A stretch of DNA of 64,000 bases, from assembly GCF_004010195.1 (NCBI RefSeq), contig NC_057734.1:29857564-29921563 (forward strand), read 5' to 3'. Both the position numbers and the translations under genes were made by a program. Shown here piece after piece: positions 28,001-40,276 of this stretch. The notes beneath the pieces were generated by a model. That model had not been told where the DNA came from. It worked only from the letters and a program-made list of their open reading frames with translations, and ran no database searches. Within the stretch, counting starts at the first letter, position 1, and each line of letters opens with the position of its first letter. Origin of the DNA: Chiloscyllium plagiosum (Eukaryota).

Positions 28001-31000
28001 TTAAATGCCATAAATGTTTGGGTGCAGGCTTTACTCTTCGGCTGTTTTTGCTGACTTTGAAAAATTCTCTGCAGCTGAGATCACAAGGCGGCCTGTAGAT
28101 GATCTTGTTCTGCAGATGAAAGACTTGAACATTGAAAAGGTATGAATACAAGAAGTTAATTTTGTGTTAGAAGTATTTTCTGTGTTTGACTGCAATATGA
28201 TCTTGTTATTGAGTTTTAATTCAGACTGAAGCCCTTCCTGGTGAAAACCAAATAATTCAGGAAGTAAAGATTTATCAAACCTGTTATGTTCATTGATTCT
28301 TTTTGGATAGGTGATCAATTTCCCATTCCCAACATCTCCATCAAGAGAGTCATTGATAGCTGCTGAGAAATTACTTATTTCTCTTGGAGCTTTGGAGGAG
28401 CCACCGAAACATGGACGGTAAGGACAGGATTAATCTGCTTCCATTCACATTGTCACTGAGAGTTGCTGACTAAAAGAATCACTTTATAGATTGCCTTAAG
28501 CCTTGTCCAATTTCACCAGGAACTTGTGCTAAAATTATTGTCTGCCTTTCAGGTTTAAAGAATTGGAACAGGCAAAATTGACCTGTCCTATCACCCCGTT
28601 GGGTAGAGCTATGGCTTCATTTCCAGTGGCACCTCGATATGCGAAAATGCTTGCTTTAAGCAAGCAGCATGACTGTATGCCATATGCCATCATCATAGTT
28701 TCAGCCATGACTGTAAGAGAGCTATTTGAGCAGATTGATAGGTAAAGTTTTCATTCATATTTGAGTAGAAACATACTCGCATGTCCAGTGGTTATCTGTA
28801 TGCAGCAGGACATTGTTCTGAGATGCACTGTCCCTGCAGTCACAGCTCTAAATTTGCAATTGCTCCTTAAAGTGACTGCAATGTATTTCAAAGTGCACTG
28901 CCTAATTCTTTGAACAAACATAAATGAAACTAAAAATTTATTGTTGGTTATTGAAGTAAATGGTAAATAGAAAATGTATAATTAGACTTAAAATGTGTGA
29001 AGAATATTACTTAGATAAGGTTCCAGCGTTTATTGCTTTTCATAGAACCACAGTTCATTTTTAACTTAAAAAGAATCCCTGTAATTTTAAGGTGGCGTAT
29101 TAAAGCTTTCTTCCTCTTCTCACTTGCTATCTGAAAAAGAAAATCAGATAACATATTGTGTAATGTTTCTGCTTTTTATGCAGTGTGGCAAATCATTTTT
29201 TAAAAACAATTTTGTTGAACATTTTTGACTTGTTTGCAGACCAGCTGTAAATGATGAGGAGACAGAAAAACTGAGAAGGAAAAAGGCCAGAATCTCTCAG
29301 ATGCAATGGATCTGGGCAGGCCAAGGCCCATCTCTCAAACTTGGAGACATTATGGTCATGCTTGGTAATAAAAATTATTTAAATAGCAGGCAACTACATC
29401 ACTGACTTGCAGTATGGTAGATTATCAAACAGTTTGACAATTTCAATTCTGTCCGATGTGATATTTATGCTCAACCTTTTTTTATTTGAGAAGGCAGTCA
29501 ATAGAAAATTACCAAAGAACAGAGCCAACTACCAAAGGAATCTTGGAAAGGATATCTGCAGACATTAGAGTGCTTGTTCTAGTTCAGAGAAGTGCACAGG
29601 CTCACGTTCTGGAATTCTATCCCAAAACCCCTTGCGTTTTCACTCTTCTATTTTCCTTAAGACCTGCAATAAAACTTTATTTTGTCATCTGCCCTAATGC
29701 TGCTTGTTTGTTTTGTTTGACATTAAATATATTACATTAATAGTAAGCCAGCTAAAACTTTCTGTCCAAGTTCATGTATGTAAATCAGCAATTACAACTT
29801 TTATTTATTATAATCTCACTGTAGTGAGACCTTCCAGTATGCTTCATATGAGCAATATAAAGTTAAATATAGCACTAATCTCCATAGTGATATTCGGTCA
29901 CATGACTAAAAGCTGGTCAGCGAGGTAGGTTTTAAAAAACGCCTTAAGGGAGGAATATAAAATTGAGAGGCAGAGAATAGGAATTCCAGAGCTTAGGGCC
30001 TGGATGAGTGAAAGCACAGGAAATAGAAAATGAGACAGTGGTATGTTGGATAAGAAGTCATAATACCAAGGTAATGAAGAGCTAATCCAGCCACTTTCAG
30101 AAAGGAGGTGTCTGTGGTGAAATTGGGATAATGTTATTTGGATTAATGTTTAGCACAACTGTTTTCAAGTAGGGCTTAGGATGAGAGGAATTAAAACTGT
30201 GCAAAATGGATTCAGTTCACAACAAATTCTGAATAGTTTTAAACACAAGAAATGATTAGTGATTGAGTTTAAAAGTTTAAAGATAAATATTGTACATAAA
30301 ATAGCAAAGTGATGGTACTAGCGTTACAACACAATCTTAAAAATGACGAAAGCTTGATCATCTGTTACTGTCTGAGTAATTACCCTGATTTCTACACAAT
30401 GTTGTCTTTTCCAGGTGCTGTTGGTGCTAGTGAGTATGTAGGATGTACCCCTGAATTCTGTAGAGCAAATGGACTTCGACATAAAGCAATGGTTGAAATC
30501 AGACGTTTGCGAAGCCAGCTGACTAACGTTGGTACGAATCAATGAGGATAAATGGACCAACCTATATTATGGAGTATTAAAGAATGTTTCAAAATATAAT
30601 ATAGAATAGAATTGGGGATAGTTTTGCAATGTAGCTTGGTCATTTGTTTGGTAGTAATAGCATAGTAATAAAGTATTAAAGTTTGAACTTTACTTTTACG
30701 TAAATACAAGACCTTTACTATATCACTGAATGTATAATAGAATTGATGTTGTTTCTTTGCTGAAGGAACAAAAAGCCATTGCTTGATTTAACAAAGGCTT
30801 ACATTATATAAAATGTATGATCTAATAACAGCAAAATTGTTTATACTGCTAAGCGATACATTTTATCAAAGGTTTTCATCTTACACTTATCAGGATTTTT
30901 GCAAGAATATACATTCAAGACAACATTTCTACTACAGGAGTGGAGTGTGTAGATTGGTTAGCAAGTGAGCTTTGATTGGAAGAGGCATTGCCATGGACAG

Positions 31001-34000
31001 TGCAACAATTAATGCAGATTGACAGTTAGCTTCCAAGCATTGTTTAAATTTTAAAACAGGTATATTGATAGGTCAAGGCATTGTCCCAAGGAATGAATCA
31101 GTAAATGGTTGTCATCCGATTTGATTCAGTTGAAACGGGTAGAGTGCATATCTGTGTTCTCTCTGTCCATAAGAAGGAGGGGCCCGTGTGTTCAGAAACT
31201 TAGTACCCAACATTAGACTGAGTATTATCTGAGAGTTTTGCAAGCATGATCTTTGTTGGTACAGTCAGTACCTTGTTTGTTGCGGACAATCAAAAGGTAT
31301 TGTTGTTTAATAAAGTCCACCAGTTTATATACCTGGCACCACACAGGCACTGAAATTCATATACCAGATCACCCATTTGTGTGATAGACCGAACATCTTT
31401 TTGGCTTGGCTTGACTTATTTACTACCAAATGACTATTTGCAAATATAATTGCTATTGGAAAATCTCTGAGAGTAATTTTGTTAGTTTCCTGAATAGTTG
31501 TTCCCTTTTTCTGCTCTTCTACAGTGAATGCTATCTTCCCTGGACCCGGCTTGTTTATTGATCCCAAGATGAAACCACCAACAGAAACTCAGATCATGTA
31601 CTTAAGACAGATTGTAATGTCTGGTTTTGGGGATCATATTGCCAGAAAAATCCAATCAGAAGAGATGCTGGATGAAAAATGGAGAAATGCATATAAGGTG
31701 AAGTGAATGTAAATTGGATATTTAGATGTGATATTTGAGTAGGAAGGCTTTCCAATCGATACTCTTGAATGTAAATGAATGATTGGGCATCAAGGATTAA
31801 CAGCAGATCAGCACTCTCCAAGTTTTTCAAGTGTCACATCTTTGAATTACGTGGCGATGTCATTGAATGAGAAATTTTTAAAAAAACTCTTTAAACTGAA
31901 TCATTTGGAAGGTTTTGCTTTACTGTCCAATGAAGTTAGTTTTTGGATTAGGTTGCAAAATTGCTTCAGCAAACATTTTCATGTTTTTTATTTAGTTGTC
32001 GTAATGGAAAATATTATTTTCAAAATTATCATGCTTCTAAAAGAAAATGGAACTGGGACCTTAAATATCTTCAACATTTTGTTTTAAGAAGTCAACTTTC
32101 TTGCTGTCATGTAGATTTTAAAGTGTGTTTTCCTTTCATGCGATTTTGTTCAGTGTCAGAAATAACTTCTTGTAATCATATAAACATTTATATACCCTGG
32201 TAACATTGGTTGCATCACTGATTCTGGGGTGTACCTTCAAAGAAGCAGATTTCCCAGCTGCTGGATGCAGCACGACACAACTGAGAAATTAGAAAGCATT
32301 CTGCCAATAAGACTTTTTTTTTAAGAGTTTGGCATGTCTGGAGCAAATCTTGAAATTTCAAGCTACGTCTCATTGGCTTTATAATTGAGATGTTCAGGAA
32401 TGGACTGATGTCCTCTGCATTTGGTTTCAATGGATTTGTCCAGCAGCAAGTCAGACCCTGTTCATAGGTATTAATATGCACTGTGTACCTTTTAAAATAT
32501 GACCTCCTTTCTCCCAGTTTCTCAGTCTTCTTTGCATGATAATGCCACCTTCTACAGGGGGACCTCAGAAATGTCTTTAACCAAGGATTCCCAGCTACTG
32601 TGGTTGACAGGGCCTTTAGCCATGATCTAGATTAGAGTGGTGCTGGAAAAGCACAGCAGGGCATGCAGCTTCCGAGGAGCAGGAAAATCGACGTTTCGGG
32701 CAAAAGCCCTTCATCAGAAATAGAGGCAGGGTGCCTGCAGAGTGGAGAGATAAATGAGAGTGGGGTGGGGGTGAGGACAAAGTAGCATAGAGTACAATAG
32801 GTGAATGGGGGTGGGGATGGAGGTGATAGGTCAGAGAGGAGGGTNNNNNNNNNNNNNNNNNNNNNNNNNNNNNNNNNNNNNNNNNNNNNNNNNNNNNNNN
32901 NNNNNNNNNNNNNNNNNNNNNNNNNNNNNNNNNNNNNNNNNNNNNNNNNNNNNNNNNNNNNNNNNNNNNNNNNNNNNNNNNNNNNNNNNNNNNNNNNNNN
33001 NNNNNNNNNNNNNNNNNNNNNNNNNNNNNNNNNNNNNNNNNNNNNNNNNNNNNNNNNNNNNNNNNNNNNNNNNNNNNNNNNNNNNNNNNNNNNNNNNNNN
33101 NNNNNNNNNNNNNNNNNNNNNNNNNNNNNNNNNNNNNNNNNNNNNNNNNNNNNNNNNNNNNNNNNNNNNNNNNNNNNNNNNNNNNNNNNNNNNNNNNNNN
33201 NNNNNNNNNNNNNNNNNNNNNNNNNNNNNNNNNNNNNNNNNNNNNNNNNNNNNNNNNATCTCTGCCTACCTGCTCACTCCTTTTTCTCCCACCAACTGTC
33301 TTCAGCTTATATATCAACATTTTCCTATTTGCTATCAGTTCTGAAGAAGGTTCACTGGACTCGAAGCATTAACTTTGCTTTCTTTCCACAGATGCTGCCA
33401 CACCTGCTGTGTCTCTCCAACAATGTCTGTTTCTGTTTCAGATTTCCAGCATCTGCAATTCTTTGTTTTACCATTGACTGTTGTGTTTCACAGACCCCAC
33501 TCATAGATGAGCCAGTGTTTATCCATCCAAATTCGGTACTATTCAAACATCTTCCTGAGTTTGTGGTTTACCAAGAAATAGTGGAGACTTCCAAGATGTA
33601 TATGAACGGTAGGAAGGAACCAACTCTTTCCAAATTATAACTACTGTAGTTTTCATAATTGACAGCACAAAGCTTTTTTTTAAATTAATAAATGTAAGGC
33701 ACTGCCAATAATGTTCCGCTATATAGTTTATAGCCCATCACTGCAGAATTTGCCACTTTGCAAATAGGAAATTAAATTATAAATGAGCTACATCTTTAAT
33801 AACATAGAAGCTACTCATTTTTAACGGCTGATAGCTCTGTAAAACTTGTGTGACTTTTGTAATAACGTTCTTAAACAAATATATATTTCACTTGACCGAA
33901 GATAGCATCATTTACCTGCACCATTTATTACCATGTGAGGCAGGCTGATTCAACTCTTAACTATAAACATTCCCAACCAACTGTAACAAATACTGGCTTA

Positions 34001-37000
34001 AAATACATAGTATGGCTCTGTTAGGGAATCTTTCATCTTGCCAGGCTAAGTGCTGTTTTATAAATTTGCTAGTTTTACATTTATGCCAGCCTCCCTTGCA
34101 ATCATGCCTCTCCCAATTACTATGTTTTATGTCTGTGTTGCATCTGTAATCAGTAATGAAAGTATTAGACAATATTTGCAATGAACAGCATACCATGTTA
34201 CCTGAGAAAATTACTTCTGGTGACAGAGTAAGGCTGAATGGTTCCAGGAATTTTTTGAATGAGGATATGTTTGATTGGCTGAATTAAATTGTCAAGTGTT
34301 TTGCATTTTAAGCCTTTCAGACTCATGACAGCAACTTTGTTATGAGCATTATATTCAATACAGGCCATACCTTTCTACTGTCACTTAAGGCAAATTAAAA
34401 ATTGTAAAATCAAATCTTATTACCAGGACTGACTGTGATTGAAGCCGAGTGGATCCCTGTCCTCCTTCCCCAGTACAGTCACTTCGGAAAACCTCTGGAT
34501 ACACCACCTCCACGTTACTGCCCTGAGACTGGATGGGTTAAATGTCACCAAAAAAGCACTTTCTGTAAGTTTGCATTATGTAATTTAGATTTGTTTTTTA
34601 ACATTATTAGCTAATTTTTCTCTATATTAATGGGTGGATTTTGTCCCTATGGGTAAGCAGTGACACATAAAAACTGCAGAATGTGTGGGGGAGGAGTTTA
34701 ACTTTATGCGAGTGCAGCATGAACATTCTCTGACTTTTTTTGTTTGTGTAGATTTGGTAAGTATTTTATATTGATCACTCTTTGTTTCCCTCTGATGATA
34801 GTCAGAGTTGGCTGGCAGCTTCCTGCTGTAGAAGTGGATTATCCAGAAGGGTTGGACCGATACAAATATTTTGCTAAGTTTTTGTTGGAAGGAGCGGTGA
34901 GTATTTCTTGTTCTAAAGAAGCAGATACTTGCTGTTTGGTTTGATACCCTGCCTAAAGATTGTCATTTTATTATTACAACCTTTTCACTAAAATTATTAA
35001 TGGGATGAATTTAAGAGTGGGCAAATACATAAATTGCAGCTTCTTTGAGGATGGTGTTTTACTTTTGCTTTTTTTATTTTTCCCCTCCTGGTTCTCTTTA
35101 GAGATGTTGACTACTTACTGAGATACATTTTCATCAATGACAATTGGCACCTGCTCTTTTGAGTAATTATCCTTCATATGTGGGCCGAGATAGTGAGTTG
35201 TAGTTGTGTTATTCAGTTGCGTGAAGTATCACACTTATCTGTGTCTTTAATAAACACTCACACTCGATTTGTTTTATCCCCACTATCACTAAAGGGTGAT
35301 GTAGCTAAGAGCCGTAGAGTCAACACTAGAAGGCTAGGACCACCTTGTTTGTATTGCTGAGGTACTTAAAATTTGAGCACTGCATGCTTAAATTGCAGCA
35401 GTACAATATATTGGTTCTTAAATAATTCACTCGTTTTGTTGCAATGGTGGTGCTTTCAGCCAGTGAAGTTTAAAAGATTATTTCTAAAGTATTCAATAAA
35501 GATGTTAATGTGAACGAAGTTGTATCCCTATCAAAACTCAGAAATTCTAATAATGAATTGTTACAAAAAGCATCATCATGGACATTTTTACTGTATTTGA
35601 ATCAAATAGATCTTGATTTCACAGTTCCAGTACATATGTGGTTATGTGCCAGTGCCAGTCTAAAGCAGTATGAAGGGTGCAAATATGCAGTGCTATTAAA
35701 TGGAAAGGGAACTTCATACACCTCCATCAGTTCTAGTTTCATTTATGTGACTCTTCTAAAATGCTGTTCGTAGATTGGGACTTCCCCATGTAAGAAACAT
35801 TCTGGGTGAGCTTTCCTTTGGTCATACCTAAACTTAGAGTGGTACTAGGGCAAACACTTCAGAAAAGGTACCCAACTGATTTATATGTGGTCAGAGAGTT
35901 TTACTTGGGGTTTGGAGGGGCATGGGATTGAGAGGGAGAAAAATAAAGTATTGTCATGTGACTCTCAGGGCTCTTGAAGTTTGTTTTAGTTTTGGTTGCA
36001 AGGTGAATGGACAGTTACTAATTTCTTGATCTGTAGATTGAGATGCAAGTGAACTTAGTTAAAAGTTAACAATGTAACTTTCCTTTGGCGATAATTGTTC
36101 ATTTATTTTTCTATCCTCCACTGAAGGTCATTAAAAAACTTGGTCCGTATGCCAGTTATCTACTTTCCAGTCCGTCAACAATGTTGAAAACATGGGCCAA
36201 GTAAGTTTCCACACTGGACCAGATTTGAAATCGGTGTCAAGGATAATGGCATAAGTCCTCAGTCAAGTCAAGGGATGTGGCCTTCAGTCAGGGGCTTCAA
36301 GCACAATAAGTCAAGGGCAGTCTCTGATATCAGTTCAGACACTGACACAGTCAGTTGGCCACTTGGAGCGATCAGGGTCCTGTCCTCATAGGGTGGTGAG
36401 GGGCTGAATATCTGATAGCCCACCACCTGTCTTGGCTCGGGGGGAGGGGGGGGGGGGGTTGCCAAGGTCTCCCAAAAGAGCAGTTGTGCATCGACCATCC
36501 AGGGTTCACGAGGTTGGAGTGGATAAGAGTGAATTAGGGAAGATATTGCGTGTGACAGTGAGAGGGGCCGAGCATGAGTCTTGGTATGTGCAGTAGTAGG
36601 GCAAGCGAATGGGAGCAAGCAGTGACTTTCTTCCTTTCCTGCTGAGACTGCAGTGACCGGGGTTGGGGGGGTGGGGGGAGAGTGGCAACCTCAGACAATG
36701 CTGGGAGGGTCTGATGCATTGGACTTCTCTGCTGGCCTTATGGAAGAGGACCAAGTACCTGTCCACAGAGCACGGTGCCAATTGTCCCTTCTCTACCATG
36801 TTGGGGTAAATTTGAAGGATCTGTGGGCAACTCTAGTCGGCATGAACAGTTGGACCGAAGCATCTGTAATCGTACTATACAACTCTATGACAGTACTTGT
36901 TTGAGTTCACAACAGTCTTTTGAAGCTGGTGAGACAGGCAGTAGGATATCGGGATTTTCCTGGAGTGACAAGTTCTTTGGGCTGCAGTGAGTGACAGAAT

Positions 37001-39099
37001 TGATCTAGTGTCGGACATTAGCGTGAGACAGATAGTTCATGAGGCAAGTTTAGAACGATATTGTAAGAAAACTCCCTTGATTCCTCAGAGAGAAACCCTT
37101 TTTAAACCTCAGGAAAATTAATACCTTAGCAGATCTGTTAAGACCATTTCAACATTTGCTAACTATTGCTTTTCAGCCCTGGTTTTAGCATGTCACTCCT
37201 TGCTCAATCATTGTTTGTTTCTAGTCTTTAAGTAACAACAGTTAAAGTAGATTAAAAGCATATTTCTTAGCCTATATAAATGTTATGAGGCAACACTATT
37301 TAGATATTAATTGTTTGCAGTTATTTGTTGATCAGTAATCGCAAATCTGCTGTTTTACAGGCTTCAGCCTAGGACAGATGCGTTGTTGGGAGCTCTAGTT
37401 TCTGAAAATGTAGACAATCATGATGCATTACTTGCTGCCTGGAAGAAAAATAGCAAATGTGAGTATGTTGTTGTATTGGTGTCTTATGCTGAGAAACCAG
37501 CTTTTACAACTCAAAAGCTTCTTTGTGAAAGTAGAAATGCTGCAGTAAAATTACATGATGCCAATTGTGCCTTTCACTTTCAGCTTTTGTCATGAGCTAA
37601 AGCTTTTTAATTTGTTTGACTATACAAGACTTAGTTTTCTTTCATATTTGTGCACTTTTTAAGAATCCTCAGTGTAGTTCGAAAATCTTGAAGCAGTTGT
37701 TTCCTGAAAATTCCAGATTCCATCATTTTATTTTTGCAAACTATTTTTAAAATATATATAGAGGGGAGAAATTGGATACTTTACTGGATGAGCACATTGT
37801 TCTTTCACTAACGTATCTATTACACTTTCAGCAATTAACCAAGAAATAATTTGCATTTAAGTAATACTTCTCACAGTTTCAGAGCATTACAAAGTACTTA
37901 ACAGCCGAAACAAGTATGAAGTCTGCTAGCTGTTGTAACATAGGAGCTAATCTGAAACTGTTAAGTTATTAATATGATTAAAAGAGAAGGAAAAGAAAGA
38001 TGATATGAAAACTGAAAGACGCTTAAATCCTGAATGGGGATTCAGGCAAGGTTGGCCTTCTATGTATGCACACCTTGTTTAACGTGGAGTAATTAGAAGG
38101 GGTTGGAATTTTCAATTTTCTCCATCATTACTGATTCAAAATATGATATACCTAACAAATATCACTTAATTGAACATATATAATCCACTCTCAATTAGCT
38201 GATTTTGTTTGTCAAATTGAAGAAATAGATTTGGTTTCTTTATGTCCTTTAGGGAAGAAAATTACTAACCTCACCTCGTCTGGCCTACAGGTGATTCCAG
38301 ACCCACAGCAATGGGGTTGACTCTTAACTGCCCTCCAGGCAATTAGGGATGGGCAGTAAGTGCTGTGCCCATAATCCTGTGAATGATTTTTTTTAATTGA
38401 AAAAATGCATTACTTGTACTGTTGAGGCTGAAACTTAAAAAGGTGAGGAAAGAGATTTTAAGTCTTGGGCTGTGGTTTCAGTCCAGACAAGAGAGATGCA
38501 AGCCAAGTCTGTGTTTTAAAACTGCTGTAGCAAATTGAAGTTGGCAGATCTGATCCAGTTCCTAGTAAGACTTGAGCACCATTTGATCTGTTGCTAACAT
38601 TTAATAGTAGCCATGATGTGGAAATGATAGTTTTGGGTTGGGCTGAACAAAATCAGAAGTCACACAACACCAGGTTATAGTCCAACAGATTTATTTGAAA
38701 TCACAAGCTTTCCCAGCACTGCTCCTTCATCAGATAAAGTGAAGGTAATGACTTCATCTGACAAAGGGGAGCACTCCAAAAGTCAAACATTTTAATACAA
38801 ATGATCAATCTCCTTAAGAGATGGTACTGTTTTTTGGAAAATCAAACTGATGCATTACATTAAGGGGCAAATTGAGGAGCTAGCTTTAAATTCATAATTG
38901 TAAGATGCTGTAGTTTAAAAATAATGTTTCCATTTTGCTAAGACTCTTGGATAATTTTTTATTTCCATTTTGTGATGGTTAATCTTCTACTGTTGCTTTC
39001 ATTTTCTTTGAAACAGACCTGTTATCAGCATATTGTCAATGGCTTCCTGAGGCAATGCATGCTGATGTTTCAAAGCACTGGCCTCCAACGCAAGTATAA
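12942..39099 (+). CDS. DHX37: DEAH-box RNA helicase DHX37, whole spliced CDS span (27 coding exons, 3486 nt, 1161 aa + stop)
   Basis: Manual exon assembly: all 26 introns are GT-AG with matching phases. Motifs [32 protein letters not shown] and QRAGRAGR are present. N-terminus [13 protein letters not shown] and C-terminus [11 protein letters not shown] resemble vertebrate DHX37. Confidence 0.97.
14290..14459 (+). CDS. DHX37: DHX37 coding exon 2
   Basis: cag|; [17 protein letters not shown]...[19 protein letters not shown]; |gtgaac. Confidence 0.93.
14748..14860 (+). CDS. DHX37: DHX37 coding exon 3
   Basis: [37 protein letters not shown]; cag| and |gtatgt. Confidence 0.92.
15581..15953 (+). 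CDS. DHX37: DHX37 coding exon 4
   Basis: [24 protein letters not shown]...[14 protein letters not shown]; tag| and |gtagtc. Confidence 0.9.
17082..17230 (+). CDS. DHX37: DHX37 coding exon 5 (Walker A)
   Basis: [13 protein letters not shown]...[20 protein letters not shown]. Confidence 0.96.
17721..18092 (-). mobile_element. CR1 LINE 3' fragment (DHX37 intron 5)
   Basis: Reverse-complement match to 9240-9620. Confidence 0.8.
18231..18425. mobile_element. PLE family A end as a ~170-bp palindrome (18231-18400) plus 3' extension
   Basis: Two inverted PLE-A ends joined at CTGATGAAG. Confidence 0.8.
18954..19046 (+). CDS. DHX37: DHX37 coding exon 6 (motif Ia)
   Basis: [30 protein letters not shown]. 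Confidence 0.95.
19634..19730 (+). CDS. DHX37: DHX37 coding exon 7
   Basis: [32 protein letters not shown]. Confidence 0.95.
20540..20653 (+). CDS. DHX37: DHX37 coding exon 8 (DEAH box)
   Basis: [38 protein letters not shown]. Confidence 0.96.
21133..21234 (+). CDS. DHX37: DHX37 coding exon 9 (SAT motif)
   Basis: [34 protein letters not shown]. Confidence 0.95.
21290..21500 (+). mobile_element. Decayed tRNA-headed SINE-like repeat
   Basis: A-box-like TAGCTCAGTTAG and B-box-like GTTTCAATTCC; no cloverleaf. Confidence 0.45.
21611..21725 (+). CDS. DHX37: DHX37 coding exon 10
   Basis: [38 protein letters not shown]. Confidence 0.95.
22070..22168 (+). CDS. DHX37: DHX37 coding exon 11 (motif IV)
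   Basis: [33 protein letters not shown]. Confidence 0.94.
23731..23798 (+). CDS. DHX37: DHX37 coding exon 12
   Basis: [23 protein letters not shown]; tag| and |gtaagt; phases 1/0 bridge exons 11 and 13. Confidence 0.85.
24805..24949 (+). CDS. DHX37: DHX37 coding exon 13
   Basis: [48 protein letters not shown]. Confidence 0.92.
25201..25277 (+). CDS. DHX37: DHX37 coding exon 14
   Basis: [25 protein letters not shown]. Confidence 0.93.
26484..26716 (+). CDS. DHX37: DHX37 coding exon 15 (motifs V, VI)
   Basis: [26 protein letters not shown]...[15 protein letters not shown]. Confidence 0.96.
26791..26872 (-). mobile_element. PLE family A short end fragment
   Basis: Matches the family A consensus; ends just after hammerhead stem II. 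Confidence 0.75.
28028..28139 (+). CDS. DHX37: DHX37 coding exon 16
   Basis: [37 protein letters not shown]. Confidence 0.94.
28311..28417 (+). CDS. DHX37: DHX37 coding exon 17
   Basis: [35 protein letters not shown]. Confidence 0.94.
28553..28741 (+). CDS. DHX37: DHX37 coding exon 18 (HA2 domain)
   Basis: [33 protein letters not shown]...RELFEQID. Confidence 0.95.
29240..29364 (+). CDS. DHX37: DHX37 coding exon 19
   Basis: [41 protein letters not shown]. Confidence 0.93.
30415..30531 (+). CDS. DHX37: DHX37 coding exon 20
   Basis: [39 protein letters not shown]. Confidence 0.94.
31525..31697 (+). CDS. DHX37: DHX37 coding exon 21
   Basis: [41 protein letters not shown]...WRNAYK. Confidence 0.94.
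32625..32844 (-). mobile_element. PLE family A end running into an assembly gap; intact hammerhead core at 32686-32720
   Basis: Minus strand CUGAUGA-A-GGGC(UUUU)GCCC-GAA-ACGU-C|GAUU. Confidence 0.75.
32845..33257. other. Assembly gap (N run)
   Basis: Ns. Confidence 1.
33258..33470 (+). mobile_element. PLE family C end with degenerate hammerhead (33338-33373)
   Basis: GTT-CTGAAGA-AGGTTCACTGGACTC-GAAGCATT-AAC followed by CAGATGCTGCC..CCTGCTG..TCCAGCATCTGCA, related to family A. Confidence 0.6.
33494..33608 (+). CDS. DHX37: DHX37 coding exon 22 (OB fold)
   Basis: [38 protein letters not shown]. Confidence 0.95.
34427..34564 (+). CDS. DHX37: DHX37 coding exon 23
   Basis: [46 protein letters not shown]. 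Confidence 0.93.
34802..34896 (+). CDS. DHX37: DHX37 coding exon 24
   Basis: [32 protein letters not shown]; tag| and |gtgagt. Confidence 0.92.
36127..36200 (+). CDS. DHX37: DHX37 coding exon 25
   Basis: [24 protein letters not shown]; |gtaagt. Confidence 0.92.
37361..37458 (+). CDS. DHX37: DHX37 coding exon 26
   Basis: [32 protein letters not shown]. Confidence 0.93.
38612..38790 (-). mobile_element. Older PLE family B-related end
   Basis: TCACACAACACCAGGTTATAGTCCAACAG..AGCTTTC..GCTCCTTCATCAG. Confidence 0.65.
39017..39099 (+). CDS. DHX37: DHX37 coding exon 27 (terminal)
   Basis: [27 protein letters not shown]; TAA at 39097-39099. Confidence 0.93.
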
Positions 39100-39814
39100 A
39101 GTGTAAATGAATGGAAATTGGCTTTCACCAGCAACTGTGACCTCTGCAATACTAACCATCAGTGGAACCAATATTTGTGTGTATTTGATCAAGCAAATAC
39201 AATGAGAGATTTTGTAGAAAGTATGAAGTAGAGCTCAAAAAAGGTATTGAGTGAACCTGTACTCTGCTCAAGCTAAAGACCGAGAAGGTGTATAAAGACA
39301 GGCAAGTACTGGAACTGCTCAGGTCTGGCAATATTTGTGGAGAGAGAAATGGAATTAACATTTCATCATAATAGTATAATATGGTACACTTGTTTGAGAA
39401 GAAAACCCATTTGGATTTTGGTTGTTTAACATTGGGAAAATCACTTTTACAGCTGACCCTTGTATCCAAACAACTCGCAATGGTGACATCAAAGACTTTC
39501 ATTCAATTTCTTGAATTCTCTTTATTGAACCATTTTTCTGTGCTGTAAAATTCTGTGAAATTTGAGAAATGAATGCTTCTTGTAGCATTTTTTAAATTGA
39601 ACTTGGACTGTAAATTTACTGTAGCAGTAAATTCATTTGTGTACAGTGCAAAAACCTTGTAAAGTGAGACCTGTGGTCTTTACAGAAATTGGGGTTGGGT
39701 AATTCTCAAATGCACTAAGGGGAGAAAAATACATGAAACTATTTAAAAGTATATAAATCAAGATGTTTGTATTGCCTAATTCATTCTTTTATGTGATTGG
39801 AGTTGTAAAAACTG

Positions 39815-39820
39815 ATTAAA
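39815..39820 (+). terminator. Candidate DHX37 polyadenylation signal ATTAAA (alternative AATAAA at 40121-40126)
   Basis: Hexamer ~700 nt after the stop codon, followed by a T/GT-rich tract; no transcript data. Confidence 0.4.
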
Positions 39821-40276
39821 CTTTAGTAGCTTTCAAGTGAAAGATGTAATTCAAAATTGTCTTTTGTGTCTCTCACTCATTTCGGAGTGTTCACTCTGAA
39901 CTCAAATTGATCATCAGTCAATATTTAACAGTCTGATGCAAATTGTTTGCCTAAAGATTAACATGAAGATCCTAATCCTTGTAAGCTTGCTTCCTGTAGA
40001 AAGAGGTGGATTCTTGTAGGCAACAAAATTTAGTACATTTTGGCAGGATTGTTTGATCGTTTGCTTATTTTAGATTTTCCCGCTATTGAGCTATGCTGTA
40101 ACTTGCTCCAGTTGGGTTCAAATAAAACATGCCAAATGAGATAGGAGATTTATTAGATATGTTTTTGAATAATTTGTTGGCAAAGAGTCAGGGGTCAGCA
40201 GACAAGCATGTATCCTCATGCTGACCTCAAAGAAAATTGCCCACAAATCTCTAATGTTTATCCCCTTGTTCAGCGG

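Noticed and set aside
32616-33640. Long ORFs of 179-279 aa in the ORF track
   Set aside because: Artefacts of translating through the N gap; the real parts are PLE ends and DHX37 exon 22.
13054-39016. Intronic box C/D snoRNAs or U12-type introns in DHX37
   Set aside because: No RTGATGA..CTGA pair with suitable spacing and terminal stem was seen; all donors are ordinary U2-type GT.
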